Assembly: GCA_051954855.1 (NCBI GenBank)
Contig: JBQCHH010000008.1
Span: 18,978 to 82,977, forward strand
Direction of reading: 5' to 3'
Length of the DNA: 64,000 nucleotides
Origin: Solirubrobacterales bacterium
GTDB taxonomy: Bacteria; Actinomycetota; Thermoleophilia; Solirubrobacterales; 70-9
Shown in pieces: positions 1 to 8,924 of this stretch. The first letter of the stretch is position 1. Every line of letters starts with the position of its first letter. The notes under the pieces were generated by a model that searched no databases, was not told the DNA's origin, and saw only the letters and a list, made by a program, of their open reading frames with translations. The translations under genes were made by a program, and so were the position numbers.

Positions 1-1075
1 CCAGGAGCAGCGTCGCGACCAGGAGCGCGGCGACCAGCGAGTCGTTCGAGTTCGACTCCAGTACGTAAGCGGTGTACGGATAGGCGGCCCAGCCGAAGGC
101 GAGCGTCGCCGCTAATCGCTGTCCGGCCGGGCCGGGCCGAATGCGGACGCCGACCAGGAGCAGGAGGATGAAGGCGGCGACGTCGAAGAAGACCGCGGCC
201 GCGTGGGCGGCGGGCAGGTCGTCCCAGTGGCCGGACCAGGGCCAGATCCGCTCGAAGGGGACGTAGGCGAGGTAGTTGACCGGTCCGTAGGTGTCGCCCT
301 GGGAGATGTCGGAGGGGAAGTTGCCGTAGATCGGTTCCCCGTGGCTGATCCGGTCGGCGCCGACCACGCCCGCGTAGCCGACGTCGATCGCGCCCGAGTC
401 GGCGACGTTGAGCCCTACCCGGAAGCCCATCAGAAAGAGCGCGGCGACGACCAGCCAGGCGGCCGGCCAGACCGGGCGCAGACCCTCCCCCCTCCCCCGC
501 AGCCCGATCCAGAGGCAGCGTCCGAAGAGGTAGACCAGCACCGGGTAGACGAGCGGGACCGAGACGCCGATTTCAGCCCGGTTGAAGAAATAGTGGGAGA
601 CGCCGAAGCCGAGCAGGACCAGCAGGTCGAGGTTGGCGACCCGCCAGAGCCGCCGCCAGTCGACCAGGCCGAGGAGGAAGATCGCGCAGAGCGGCAGGAA
701 GACGTAGGGCGCGTTGAGCTTGTGACCGAAGGCGCCGGAGTAACCGCGGGCCATCTTCCAGAGGACCTGGTAGCCCGTCCACGATTCCGTCACTTCGCCG
801 CTGTGGGGATCGACGGCAACCAGCGCCACCTCCTTGCCGGCGGCGAAGTAAGCGACCTCCCAGTGGTCTTCGCGCATCGCCGCCGTCGCCGCCAGGTTCG
901 GATGATCGCGGCGCTCTTCGTGGACCTTCGGGTCGCGGTCGGCGGCGGCGATCGCTTGGGCTGAGGTAATGCGGTCTGGCCTTGCCGCGGACGGTTCCGG
1001 CGTCGCCACGGCGGCCGTCGGCGTCGCCAAGGCCAGCAGCCCGATCGCCGCAATCAGGAGCGCCGCGCGCCTCAC
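1..1075 (-). CDS. Polytopic integral membrane protein, 5' part only (gene runs off the left edge); possibly a GT-C-type glycosyltransferase, unverified
   Basis: Not in the ORF track because there is no stop in the window. Hand translation from GTG at 1075-1073 gives MRRAALLIAAIGLLALATPTAAV..., followed by hydrophobic stretches (YVFLPLCAIFLLGLV, LDLLVLLGFGVSHYFF, AAWLVVAALFLMGF, FFDVAAFILLLLVGV) with host-like GC-rich codons. GTGA start/stop overlap with the upstream gene. Confidence 0.5.
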   Translation of the reverse strand, partial: MRRAALLIAAIGLLALATPTAAVATPEPSAARPDRITSAQAIAAADRDPKVHEERRDHPNLAATAAMREDHWEVAYFAAGKEVALVAVDPHSGEVTESWTGYQVLWKMARGYSGAFGHKLNAPYVFLPLCAIFLLGLVDWRRLWRVANLDLLVLLGFGVSHYFFNRAEIGVSVPLVYPVLVYLFGRCLWIGLRGRGEGLRPVWPAAWLVVAALFLMGFRVGLNVADSGAIDVGYAGVVGADRISHGEPIYGNFPSDISQGDTYGPVNYLAYVPFERIWPWSGHWDDLPAAHAAAVFFDVAAFILLLLVGVRIRPGPAGQRLAATLAFGWAAYPYTAYVLESNSNDSLVAALLVATLLL

Positions 1076-2598
1076 GTGGGCACCCCGAAGTGCTTGCGGA
1101 CGACGGGAGCGACGTCGCGCAGCGTCCACTGCTCCTTCTCCTCCGCCGAGCCCGGCCCACAGCCGACGAAGAGCAGCGGCCCCAGCGAGTCGCCGGCATG
1201 CAGCGCGCCATGGCTGCCACCGCCGGCGTGGGAGACGCCGCCCCAGTCGACCGCCTCGAAGCCGGGCGCGAGCGAGACGACGAAGTCGCCCGAGTGCGGC
1301 GCGGTCAGCGCCGACCAGACCCGGGCCAGCGGGTCGGGGTACGTCTCGCTGCTGAGGCGCCCGTCCTCGACCGAGGCCTCCAGCGCCGCCAGGTCCCCCT
1401 CGACCTCCCAACTGCCGCCGCGCAGGTCGCCGACCTCGCCGCCGGGGCGGAAGCGCAGCCTCGCGTCGCCGCGGGACACTGCCGCCCACTCGCCGCCCGC
1501 GGCCGGCATCCCCGGGGTCTCGCGTCGCAGCGGCGTGCCGTCGCCTGTCTCCAGCCGGCAGACCAGGTCCACCCCCTCGATCACGCTCAACCGCGCCGCC
1601 ACCGCTGCCGGCTCGGCCCGCTCTCCCTCCCCCGGCAGCAGGTAGACGTGCGCCGCCCGGCCCGTCGGGCTGACCGCCAGCTGCGCCAGCTCGGGCCGCT
1701 CCTCGGAGGGCTGCAGCACCGTCCACTCCGACGCCAGCAGCTCGGCCAGCGGCAGGCCGCGACGGACGTCGGTCTGGGCGTGGTCGGCGAGCAGGATCAC
1801 CGCGTGGTCGGCGAGAAACTCGTCCAGCCCGCCGGCTTCCTCGGCGTAGGTGGCGAAGCCGGCGTCGGCCCTGGCGATCGACTCGACGCTCGCCTCCGGT
1901 CCGAAGCGGTGCGAGTAGTGGTCGTTGTCGGGCAACGAGAGCAGGAGGAAGTCGTAGAGGTCCTCGCGCAGCAGCTCGGCGGCGCAGCAGGCGGCGTAGC
2001 CGTCGCGGTTGCCGGGGATCGAGGTCGAGCGGCAGGGCACCTCGCGGCTGGCGTAGAGATCGCCGTAGAAGAGATCGGCCGGGCCCCAGGTGTGGTGGTG
2101 GAACTTCAGCTTGGTCGCGTCGACGGCGCGGCGCAGCAGACCCTCCAGGCTCACCTCGTGCCGCCGGCGGCCGCGGTAAATGAGGAACGGCGTGCAGGCG
2201 GTGCGGGCGCCGGCGTCTTCGAGCGTCTCGAACAGCGTCTCCACCTCGGGGCTGAGGTGACCGAGGTTCATGTTGTAGACGAGGTCGTAGAGGGCGCGGA
2301 AGAAGCCGAAGGCGCGCGTCGCCTCCAGCGAGGAGCCGTACTCGACGTAGCGCCGCTCGAGCCGGTGGTACCAGTTCATGCCGCTGATCCAGTGGCGGTC
2401 GGCGCCGACGCCGGTGAGCATCTCGGCGCAGGCGACCGGAGTCACCGAGGGGAAGCTGGAGACGCAGTCGGGGACGAGGACGCCGCGCTCAAGCAGAGCG
2501 CCGAAGGTCGGGGCGCGGCCCTCGGCGACGGCGCGCTGCAGCATGTCGGTGCGCAACGAGTCGACGTAGGTGAGGACGAGCTTCTTGCCGGCCGGCAT
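1072..2598 (-). CDS. Alkaline phosphatase / nucleotide pyrophosphatase-phosphodiesterase superfamily protein
   Basis: 508-aa ORF. N-terminal LTYVDSLRTDM...FPSVTPVACAEMLTG (metal-ligand and nucleophile-Thr region) and later LLADHAQTD, SHGGSHGALH motifs are typical of type I phosphodiesterase/AP-fold enzymes. Confidence 0.6.
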   Translation of the reverse strand: MPAGKKLVLTYVDSLRTDMLQRAVAEGRAPTFGALLERGVLVPDCVSSFPSVTPVACAEMLTGVGADRHWISGMNWYHRLERRYVEYGSSLEATRAFGFFRALYDLVYNMNLGHLSPEVETLFETLEDAGARTACTPFLIYRGRRRHEVSLEGLLRRAVDATKLKFHHHTWGPADLFYGDLYASREVPCRSTSIPGNRDGYAACCAAELLREDLYDFLLLSLPDNDHYSHRFGPEASVESIARADAGFATYAEEAGGLDEFLADHAVILLADHAQTDVRRGLPLAELLASEWTVLQPSEERPELAQLAVSPTGRAAHVYLLPGEGERAEPAAVAARLSVIEGVDLVCRLETGDGTPLRRETPGMPAAGGEWAAVSRGDARLRFRPGGEVGDLRGGSWEVEGDLAALEASVEDGRLSSETYPDPLARVWSALTAPHSGDFVVSLAPGFEAVDWGGVSHAGGGSHGALHAGDSLGPLLFVGCGPGSAEEKEQWTLRDVAPVVRKHFGVPT

Positions 2599-2645
2599 CG
2601 CCCTCGAATGATGCCCGGCGCGGGGCGGCGGCCGCAGGCGGTGCG

Positions 2646-3050
2646 TCAGCGGAGGACGCGGAGGCCCGCGTGTTTGCGCTGGGCGCGGCGGTGGCGGGAG
2701 ATCCCCAGCCAGAGCAGGCCGACCACGACCAGCAGCTCGAGCGGCGAGAAGACGAAGGCGATCGCGACGACGACGAGCGCCGCCAGGGCGACGATGAAGC
2801 CGAGCGCTCCGCCGCCGCTGCCCTCGCGGCGGCTGGCGCCGTAGACGACGTCGCTGACGACGATGCAGGCCAGCGCGGCGCCGACGAGCGCCGCCAGCGC
2901 CCCGACCGGGCCGTCGAGCAGGAAGCCGACGACGATCCCGATCACGGCGGCGAGGATGGTCATCCGCCCGCGGGCGGAGCCGTGCGTGCCGGCGGTGCCG
3001 GCAAGCATCCCGATCGCAAGTCCGATTCCGAGGGAAGTGAGAATGTCCAC
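2646..3050 (-). CDS. Small hydrophobic membrane protein, unknown function
   Basis: C-terminal third of the 365-aa ORF. GTG at 3050. Sequence VDILTSLGIGLAIGMLAG...ILAAVIGIVVGFLL...ALAALVVVAIAFVF has 3-4 predicted TM helices. The upstream part of that ORF is antisense to the aminotransferase gene and was discarded. Confidence 0.45.
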   Translation of the reverse strand: MDILTSLGIGLAIGMLAGTAGTHGSARGRMTILAAVIGIVVGFLLDGPVGALAALVGAALACIVVSDVVYGASRREGSGGGALGFIVALAALVVVAIAFVFSPLELLVVVGLLWLGISRHRRAQRKHAGLRVLR

Positions 3051-3104
3051 GTGCGAAAACCTAACCTCCCCGGCGGCCGCGCGTCGATCCGCCACACTTC
3101 CGGG

Positions 3105-4460
3105 ATGAGCGAAGTGCCCGAGCCGACTCACAGAAGGCGCTCCCACGCCGGCACCCGCGACCTCGAACGCTACGCGGGCCTGTTCGCCGAGCGGACGGGG
3201 GTGATGCGCTCCTCGGCGATGCGTGACCTGATGGCGATCACCGCCCGCCCGGAAGTGATCTCGCTGGCCGGCGGCCTGCCCGACACCTCGACCTTCCCGC
3301 CGCAGAGCTTCGCCGCGCAGATGACGCGGATCGCCCAGGAGTCGGCGGCGGAGGCGCTCCAGTACGGGCCGACGGAGGGCTTCGAGGAGACCAAGGACTG
3401 CATCCTCGAGGTGATGGGCGCCGAGGGGATGCTGCCCGACCCCGACGACGTGATCGTCACCACCGGCGGCCAGCAGGCGATCGACCTGATCTGCAAGGCG
3501 GTGATCGACCCCGGCGACGTGATCGTCTGCGAGGCGCCGACCTACCCGGGCGCGCTCTCGGTCTTCTCCAGCTACCAGGCCGACGTGGTCCAGGTCGAGT
3601 GCGACGAGGACGGGATGCGGGTCGAGGCGCTGGAGCGGTTGCTCGCCGATCTCCGCGCCGAGGGGCGGCGGCTGAAGTTCATCTACTCGGTGCCGAGCTT
3701 CCAGAACCCGGCTGGGGTGACGATGTCGCTTGAGCGCCGCCACCAGCTGGTCGGGCTGACGCGGGCCGAGGAGCTGCTGGTGGTCGAGGACAGCCCCTAC
3801 GGGCTGCTGCGCTACGGCGGCGAGCCGATGCCGCCGCTCTACCAGCTCGACGGCGGCGACTTCGTCATCTACGTGGGCACCTTCTCGAAGATCCTCTCCC
3901 CCGGCATCCGCCTCGGCTGGATGGTGGCGCCGCCGCCGATCATGGAGAAGGTCGTGCTCGGCAAGCAGGCCGCCGACCTCTGCACCTCGACCCTGACCCA
4001 GTACTTCGTCCGCGAGTACTTCGCCGAACGGCGCTGGCAGCGCTACATCGACGACCTGGTCGAGATCTACCGCGGCCGCCGCGACACGATGCTGGAGGCG
4101 CTGCGCACGTACTTCCCGGCGGAGGCGGCCTGGACCGAGCCCGAGGGCGGGCTCTTCATCTGGGCGACCCTGCCCGGCTACATCGACACCAGCGACCTGC
4201 TGGCGAAGGCGCTGCGCGCCGACGTCGCCTTCGTGCCGGGGCAGGCGGCCTACCTCGACGGGCGCGGCGGCCAGTCGATGCGGCTGAACTTCTCCGGCGT
4301 CGGCGACGAGGAGATCCGCGAGGGGGTGCGGCGGATCGGCAAGACGATCGCCGAGCAGGTCGAGCTCTACGGAGCGCTGACCGGTGAGCAGCGGGCGCCG
4401 GCGCCAGCTGAGGAGCCGGAGCCCAACGTGCTCCCCTTCCGCAAGGCGGAGGAAGCGTGA
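3105..4460 (+). CDS. PLP-dependent aminotransferase, class I/II (2-aminoadipate/MocR-like catalytic domain, no HTH)
   Basis: ATG at 3105, in frame with ORF 2670..4460. Motifs ISLAGGLPD, PTEG, VTTGGQQA, PTYPG, YSVPSFQNPAG, GTFSKILSPGIRLGW (PLP lysine), MRLNF. Confidence 0.8.
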   Translation: MSEVPEPTHRRRSHAGTRDLERYAGLFAERTGVMRSSAMRDLMAITARPEVISLAGGLPDTSTFPPQSFAAQMTRIAQESAAEALQYGPTEGFEETKDCILEVMGAEGMLPDPDDVIVTTGGQQAIDLICKAVIDPGDVIVCEAPTYPGALSVFSSYQADVVQVECDEDGMRVEALERLLADLRAEGRRLKFIYSVPSFQNPAGVTMSLERRHQLVGLTRAEELLVVEDSPYGLLRYGGEPMPPLYQLDGGDFVIYVGTFSKILSPGIRLGWMVAPPPIMEKVVLGKQAADLCTSTLTQYFVREYFAERRWQRYIDDLVEIYRGRRDTMLEALRTYFPAEAAWTEPEGGLFIWATLPGYIDTSDLLAKALRADVAFVPGQAAYLDGRGGQSMRLNFSGVGDEEIREGVRRIGKTIAEQVELYGALTGEQRAPAPAEEPEPNVLPFRKAEEA

Positions 4461-5389
4461 AGGTCGCGGTGCTGAAGGGCGGCCGCTCGCTGGAGCGCGG
4501 GGTCTCGCTGCGCTCGGGGGCGCGGGTCGAGGACGCGCTGGGGCGGCTCGGCCACGAGGTGCTGCCGATCGACGTCGGCCGCGACCTGGTCAAGCGCCTG
4601 ATCGCCGAGCGGCCCGACGTCGCCTTCGTCGCCATGCACGGGGTCGGCGGCGAGGACGGCACCGTGCAGGAGCTGCTGGAGATCCTCGGCATCCCCTTCA
4701 CCGGGCCCGGCGCCGCCGCCTGCGCGCGCTGCATGGACAAGGTCCAGGCCAAGTACTCGATCGAGGAGGCGGGGCTGCCGACGCCGGCCTGGTTCGCCTT
4801 CAACCAGACCGCCTTCCGCGAGCTCGGCGCCGCCGACGCGCTGGGGCGGCTGGAGGAGACGCTCGGCTTCCCGCTCGTGGTCAAGCCCAGCCGCGGCGGC
4901 TCCTCGCTCGGAGTCAAGTTCGCGGCCTCGCCGGGCGAGGTGCCGCAGGCGCTGGTGTCCGCCTTCAGCTATGACGAGCGGGTGCTCCTGGAGCGCTACG
5001 TCGAGGGGCGGGAGCTGGCGGTGAGCGTGCTCGGCGACGAGCCCCTGCCGGTGGTCGAGGCGATCCTGCTGGAGGGCGACCGCTACGACTTCGAGGCGCG
5101 CTACGAGATCGGCCGCACCCGCTTCGCCTGCCCGGCCGAGCTGAGCCCCGACGAGGAGCGGGCCGTGACCGAGGCCGCCCTCGGCGCGTACCGCGCCCTC
5201 GGCTGCACCGGCTTCGCCCGCATCGACCTGATCCTCGCCGCCGACGGCCCCTGGCTGCTGGAGGCCAACGCGATCCCCGGCCTCACCGACACCAGCCTCC
5301 TCCCCCAGGCCGCCGAGGCCACGGGGCTCTCTTTTGAGCAGCTGGTCGAGCGGATTCTCGATCTCGCTCTCAGGCCTGCAGCCGCCTAG
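4457..5389 (+). CDS. ddl: D-alanine--D-alanine ligase (short DdlB-type)
   Basis: MKVAVLKGGRSLERGVSLRSG..., HGVGGEDGTVQELLE, VVKPSRGGSSLGV, YDFEARY, EANAIPGLT. Collinear with E. coli DdlB as I recall it. GTGA overlap with the aminotransferase stop. Confidence 0.9.
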   Translation: MKVAVLKGGRSLERGVSLRSGARVEDALGRLGHEVLPIDVGRDLVKRLIAERPDVAFVAMHGVGGEDGTVQELLEILGIPFTGPGAAACARCMDKVQAKYSIEEAGLPTPAWFAFNQTAFRELGAADALGRLEETLGFPLVVKPSRGGSSLGVKFAASPGEVPQALVSAFSYDERVLLERYVEGRELAVSVLGDEPLPVVEAILLEGDRYDFEARYEIGRTRFACPAELSPDEERAVTEAALGAYRALGCTGFARIDLILAADGPWLLEANAIPGLTDTSLLPQAAEATGLSFEQLVERILDLALRPAAA

Positions 5390-5868
5390 CTTTCCCCCTG
5401 GGCGAAATCATCAGGCGTCACCTCGTCGAGGAACTCTTTGAAGCGGTCGACGACTTCCTCGGTGTCCTCGACCTCGTGCTCGAACTCGATCGCCGACTCC
5501 TCGATGACCTCCTCGGCGGCGAAGATCGGCGCCGCCACGCGGACCGCCAGCGCCAGCGCGTCGGAGGGGCGCGAGTCGATCTCGATCTCCGAGCCGTTGA
5601 CCGAGACGGTGATCGAGGCGTAGAAGGTGTTGTCGCGCAGCTCGGTGACGGCGACCCGCTCGCACTTGGCGTCGAGGTTCTCGAGCATGTCGGAGAGCAG
5701 GTCGTGGGTCATCGGCCGCGGCGTCGAAGCGCCCTGCAGCTTCATCAAAATCGCCGCCGCCTCCGGGTGGCCGATCCAGATCGGCAGGAAGCGGTTCCCG
5801 TCCACGGTCTTCAGCAACACGATCGGCTGCTTGCCGACCATGTCGAAACTGACCCCGTAGATCTGCAT
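5386..5868 (-). CDS. Bifunctional nuclease family protein (DUF151/BFN)
   Basis: Start taken at MQIYGVSFD. Motifs PIVLLK, FLPIWIGHPEAAAI, RPMTHDL, IDSRPSDALALAVR, plus an acidic C-terminal tail. Confidence 0.75.
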   Translation of the reverse strand: MQIYGVSFDMVGKQPIVLLKTVDGNRFLPIWIGHPEAAAILMKLQGASTPRPMTHDLLSDMLENLDAKCERVAVTELRDNTFYASITVSVNGSEIEIDSRPSDALALAVRVAAPIFAAEEVIEESAIEFEHEVEDTEEVVDRFKEFLDEVTPDDFAQGES

Positions 5869-5962
5869 CTGCTGCAAGAGAAGCTCCCGACCGTAGGTTG
5901 ACCGCCGATTATAGGTCGGGCACATACCCGGTCCAGAAGGGCGCGTACCGCGCGAAAGCCAG

Positions 5963-6036
<74 letters not shown>

Positions 6037-6118
6037 ATCGCGGCTTGAAGCCGAGCCACATCGTAGCGACGCACCTCTGTCTCCGTAGCCAACGTCAGTA
6101 GAGCTACCTGCCTTATCG

Positions 6119-6178
6119 TTGGACCGTAAACAGTCCATTTGGACCGTAAACAGTCCATATGGATGGTATTCTGTCCAA
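6119..6178. promoter_or_regulatory. Tandem 20-bp operator-like repeats (TTGGACCGTAAACAGTCCAT x2 plus one degenerate copy) upstream of the MNT-like gene
   Basis: 6119-6138 and 6139-6158 are identical. Each contains the inverted repeat TGGAC-N8-GTCCA. A third degenerate unit (ATGGATGGTATTCTGTCCAA) follows at 6159-6178, directly before ATG 6181. Confidence 0.5.
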
Positions 6179-6180
6179 GA

Positions 6181-6801
6181 ATGGATCTTGCTCAGCCATA
6201 CACCGCCATTTGTCCCCCCCTTGACGGAGGAGCTTTGAACGTGCTTGCGGGCACGACGCGGCCGATGACGGGACGAGAGATCGCTCGCCTGATGGGCCGT
6301 ACCTCTCACAGCAGGGTCCTCGTTACCTTGAACAGGCTCGTGGAGCATGGGCTGGTCGACAGAGAGGAGGCCGGGCGCGCTTTTCTCTTTACCCTCAACC
6401 GCGAGCATCTCGCAGCTCCCGCGGTCGACCTTCTCGCCCATATGCGGAGTGAGCTCTTTGATCGCCTCTCCCGCGCGGTGGGCTCTTGGGAGATCGCAGC
6501 GGTCCACGTTTCTCTCTTCGGATCGTTTGCTCGCGGCGAAGGAGATACGGGCAGCGACATCGACCTCTTCGTCGTACGGCCCCGGAAAGTGGATCGCGAG
6601 GATCCGCGCTGGCGGGAACAGCTCGACCTGCTCGCCCGCCAGGTCCAGCGCTGGACGGGGAACCGGGCCGGGATAGTCGAGGTGGGCGAGGAGGATCTCC
6701 CACGCCTGCGCAAAGAGGAGCCGCCGATCCTGGCCGAGCTTCGCAAGGATGCGATCGCCGTCGCTGGCAGCGAGGCGGCGGCGTTGCTGGGCGAGTCCTG
6801 A
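6181..6801 (+). CDS. Pol-beta-fold nucleotidyltransferase with N-terminal winged-helix domain (MNT-type antitoxin-like)
   Basis: wHTH segment (MTGREIARLMGRTSHSRVLVTLNRLVEHGLVDRE), then the NTase signature GSFARGEGDTGSDIDLFVV (G-S-x9-D-x-D). Starts at 6139 or 6163 would lie inside the repeats, so ATG 6181 is preferred. Confidence 0.7.
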   Translation: MDLAQPYTAICPPLDGGALNVLAGTTRPMTGREIARLMGRTSHSRVLVTLNRLVEHGLVDREEAGRAFLFTLNREHLAAPAVDLLAHMRSELFDRLSRAVGSWEIAAVHVSLFGSFARGEGDTGSDIDLFVVRPRKVDREDPRWREQLDLLARQVQRWTGNRAGIVEVGEEDLPRLRKEEPPILAELRKDAIAVAGSEAAALLGES

Positions 6802-7229
6802 TGGCCGGCCGCGGCTCCACTCGCACCCAGCCCTGCTCCCTCGCCCAAGCTCGTACGCGCCTGGCGCACGCTCGCAAGTTTCTCGAGGTTGCCGAGCTGG
6901 TCGCCGGCGAAGCGGGCGACGTGGAGTACGCCAGCGCCGCGGCCGCTGTTGCGGTCCTGGCCGGCATAGCCGCCTCAGACGCGGTGTGCTGTGCGGCTCT
7001 GGGTCGGCGCTCCCGTGGGCAGGATCACCTGCAGGCAGTCGGGTTGGTGGAGCAAGTCGCTCCGGGCGGCGCTCAAGCGGCCAAAGCACTACGCCGGTTA
7101 CTGAGTCTCAAGGACGAGGCGCACTATGGACTGTTCGATGTCAGCGGGCAGGATCTCCAAGCGGCAGTGCGACAGGCGAAGGCGCTGGTGGAGTTTGCCG
7201 GCGAGGTCGTGCAACGCCGGCCTATGTAA
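6801..7229 (+). CDS. Small all-helical HEPN-like protein, putative partner of the MNT-like gene
   Basis: ATG 6801 overlaps the upstream TGA by 1 nt. 142 aa with Ala-rich helices (LAGIAASDAVCCAALG...RGQDH...LLSLKDEAHYG). No canonical Rx4-6H motif, so the HEPN assignment is tentative. Confidence 0.5.
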   Translation: MAGRGSTRTQPCSLAQARTRLAHARKFLEVAELVAGEAGDVEYASAAAAVAVLAGIAASDAVCCAALGRRSRGQDHLQAVGLVEQVAPGGAQAAKALRRLLSLKDEAHYGLFDVSGQDLQAAVRQAKALVEFAGEVVQRRPM

Positions 7230-7235
7230 GCGAGC

Positions 7236-8099
7236 TCAGCCGGCGTGTTTGCGCAGGCGGCGGGCGAGGGCGTGGGCGTCGCGGACGTCGTCGAAGCGGA
7301 GCTCGGCGACGATTCCCTCCCCTTTCGCGCGGGCGGTCACTTCGTGGCCGAGAGCTTCCTCGAGGGCGTCGGCGACGTCGCGGAGCGCGGCAAGCGCGTC
7401 GGGATCGGCCGGGGCTCGTCTCGGTCTAGCTTTCGGCTGGCCGGCCAGCCGGACCCTCTCCTCGGTTTCGCGGACTGACCAGCCGGCGCGAGCGGCGTCG
7501 CGAGCGAGGCGGCGTCGGACATCGTTGCCCTGGGCGCCGAGCAGGGCCTTCCCATGGCCCTCGCTGAGGTCGCCGCTTTCCAGCATCTCCAGGGCCTCGT
7601 CGGGAAGCTCGAGCAGGCGGATCAGGTTCGAGACCGCGGGCCGGCTGCGGCCGACGCGACGCGCCAGCTCCTCTTTGGTCAGACCGAGGTCCTCGACCAG
7701 AGCGGCGCAGGCCTTCGCCTCCTCGACCGGGTTGAGGTCCTCGCGGACCATGTTCTCGATCAAGGCCGCCTGCAGCCGCTCCGCCTCGGCCTGGTCGCGG
7801 ATCACCGCCGGGACCTTCTCCAGCCCCGCCTGCTGCGCCGCTCGCCAGCGCCGCTCACCGGCGACCAGCTCATAGCTGCCGTCGGGCAGCGGGCGGACCA
7901 GCAGCGGCTGGACGACCCCGCTCGCCTCGATCGAGGCCGCCAGCGCCGCCAGCGCCTCCTCGTCGAACTTGGTGCGCGGCTGCGAGGGATTGGGCTTGAT
8001 CAGGCCGACGGGAAGCTCACGCAGCTCGCCGGCTGCGGTCGCCTCCGCTTCGGGAAGGATCGCCGCCAGGCCGCGGCCGATCCCCCGCCGGCTAGCCAC
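7236..8099 (-). CDS. parB: Chromosome partitioning protein ParB
   Basis: GIGRGLAAILPE, IKPNPSQPRTKFDEEALAALAASI, GVVQPLLVRP, YELVAGERRWRAAQQAG, HTH region LTKEELARRVGRSRPAVSNLIRLL. GTG 8099 chosen because it overlaps the parA stop; the ORF is open up to 8159. Confidence 0.9.
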   Translation of the reverse strand: MASRRGIGRGLAAILPEAEATAAGELRELPVGLIKPNPSQPRTKFDEEALAALAASIEASGVVQPLLVRPLPDGSYELVAGERRWRAAQQAGLEKVPAVIRDQAEAERLQAALIENMVREDLNPVEEAKACAALVEDLGLTKEELARRVGRSRPAVSNLIRLLELPDEALEMLESGDLSEGHGKALLGAQGNDVRRRLARDAARAGWSVRETEERVRLAGQPKARPRRAPADPDALAALRDVADALEEALGHEVTARAKGEGIVAELRFDDVRDAHALARRLRKHAG

Positions 8100-8850
8100 G
8101 GCTCGCCAACTCCTTCGCCAGGGCGCGGTAGGCGACGGCACCGTGGGAAGCGGGGGCATGCTCGGTCACGGGAAGACCATAACTCGGCGACTCGGCGACT
8201 CGGACGCTGCGGGGGATGACGGTCTCGAAAACCATGCCGTCGAAGTGGTCGCGCAGCTCCGCCTCGACGTCCTGGGCGAGCCGGGTGCGCTCGTCGTGCA
8301 TAGTGATCAGCAGACCCGAAACCTCAAGTTGAGGGTTGAGCTCGCGCCTGATCAGGCCCAGGGTTTCGAGGAACTGCACCAAGCCCTCCAGCGCCAGGTA
8401 CTCCGCCTGGACGGGAACGATGACCCGGTCGGCGGCGACCAAGGCGTTGACGCTGACCGGGCCGAGCGAGGGCGGGCAGTCGAGCAGGGTGACGGCGAAG
8501 CGCTCGCGCACCGGCCCCAGCCGCTCGCGCAGCCGCAACTCAGAGCCCTGAAGGCGCGGCAGCTCGACCGCGGCGCCGGCGAGGTCCCGATTGGCCGGGA
8601 CGAGCCAGAGATTGTCCGGCCCCGCCGGCCGCGCCGCTTCCGCCACCGAGACCTGACCGGTGAGGCAGTCGTAGGAGGAAGGATGCATGTCCCTGCCGCC
8701 GCCGAGGGCGACCGTCGCATTGCACTGGGGGTCGAGGTCGACGAGGAGCGTCTGCCGGCTTTCGCCTGCCGCGCAGGAGGCGAGGTTGACGGCGGTGGTC
8801 GTCTTCCCGACCCCGCCCTTCTGGTTCGCCACGGCGTAGACCTTGCCCAT
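8092..8850 (-). CDS. parA: Chromosome partitioning ATPase ParA/Soj
   Basis: MGKVYAVANQKGGVGKTTTAVNLA (deviant Walker A), LLVDLDPQCNAT, IVPVQAEYLALEG. Confidence 0.9.
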   Translation of the reverse strand: MGKVYAVANQKGGVGKTTTAVNLASCAAGESRQTLLVDLDPQCNATVALGGGRDMHPSSYDCLTGQVSVAEAARPAGPDNLWLVPANRDLAGAAVELPRLQGSELRLRERLGPVRERFAVTLLDCPPSLGPVSVNALVAADRVIVPVQAEYLALEGLVQFLETLGLIRRELNPQLEVSGLLITMHDERTRLAQDVEAELRDHFDGMVFETVIPRSVRVAESPSYGLPVTEHAPASHGAVAYRALAKELASRG

Positions 8851-8924
8851 TGGAGTCAGCCTAGTCAACGCGCCCCTCGCACATTCCTCAGCGCGTTCTG
8901 AGGCGGTCGGATAGCCTGCTGCCC

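Noticed and set aside
203-1355. ORFs 203..964(+), 573..1220(-), 790..1053(-) and 969..1355(+)
   Set aside because: All overlap the better-supported minus-strand membrane protein frame (1..1075) or the phosphodiesterase gene, and they translate to Arg/Pro/Gly-rich low-complexity sequence.
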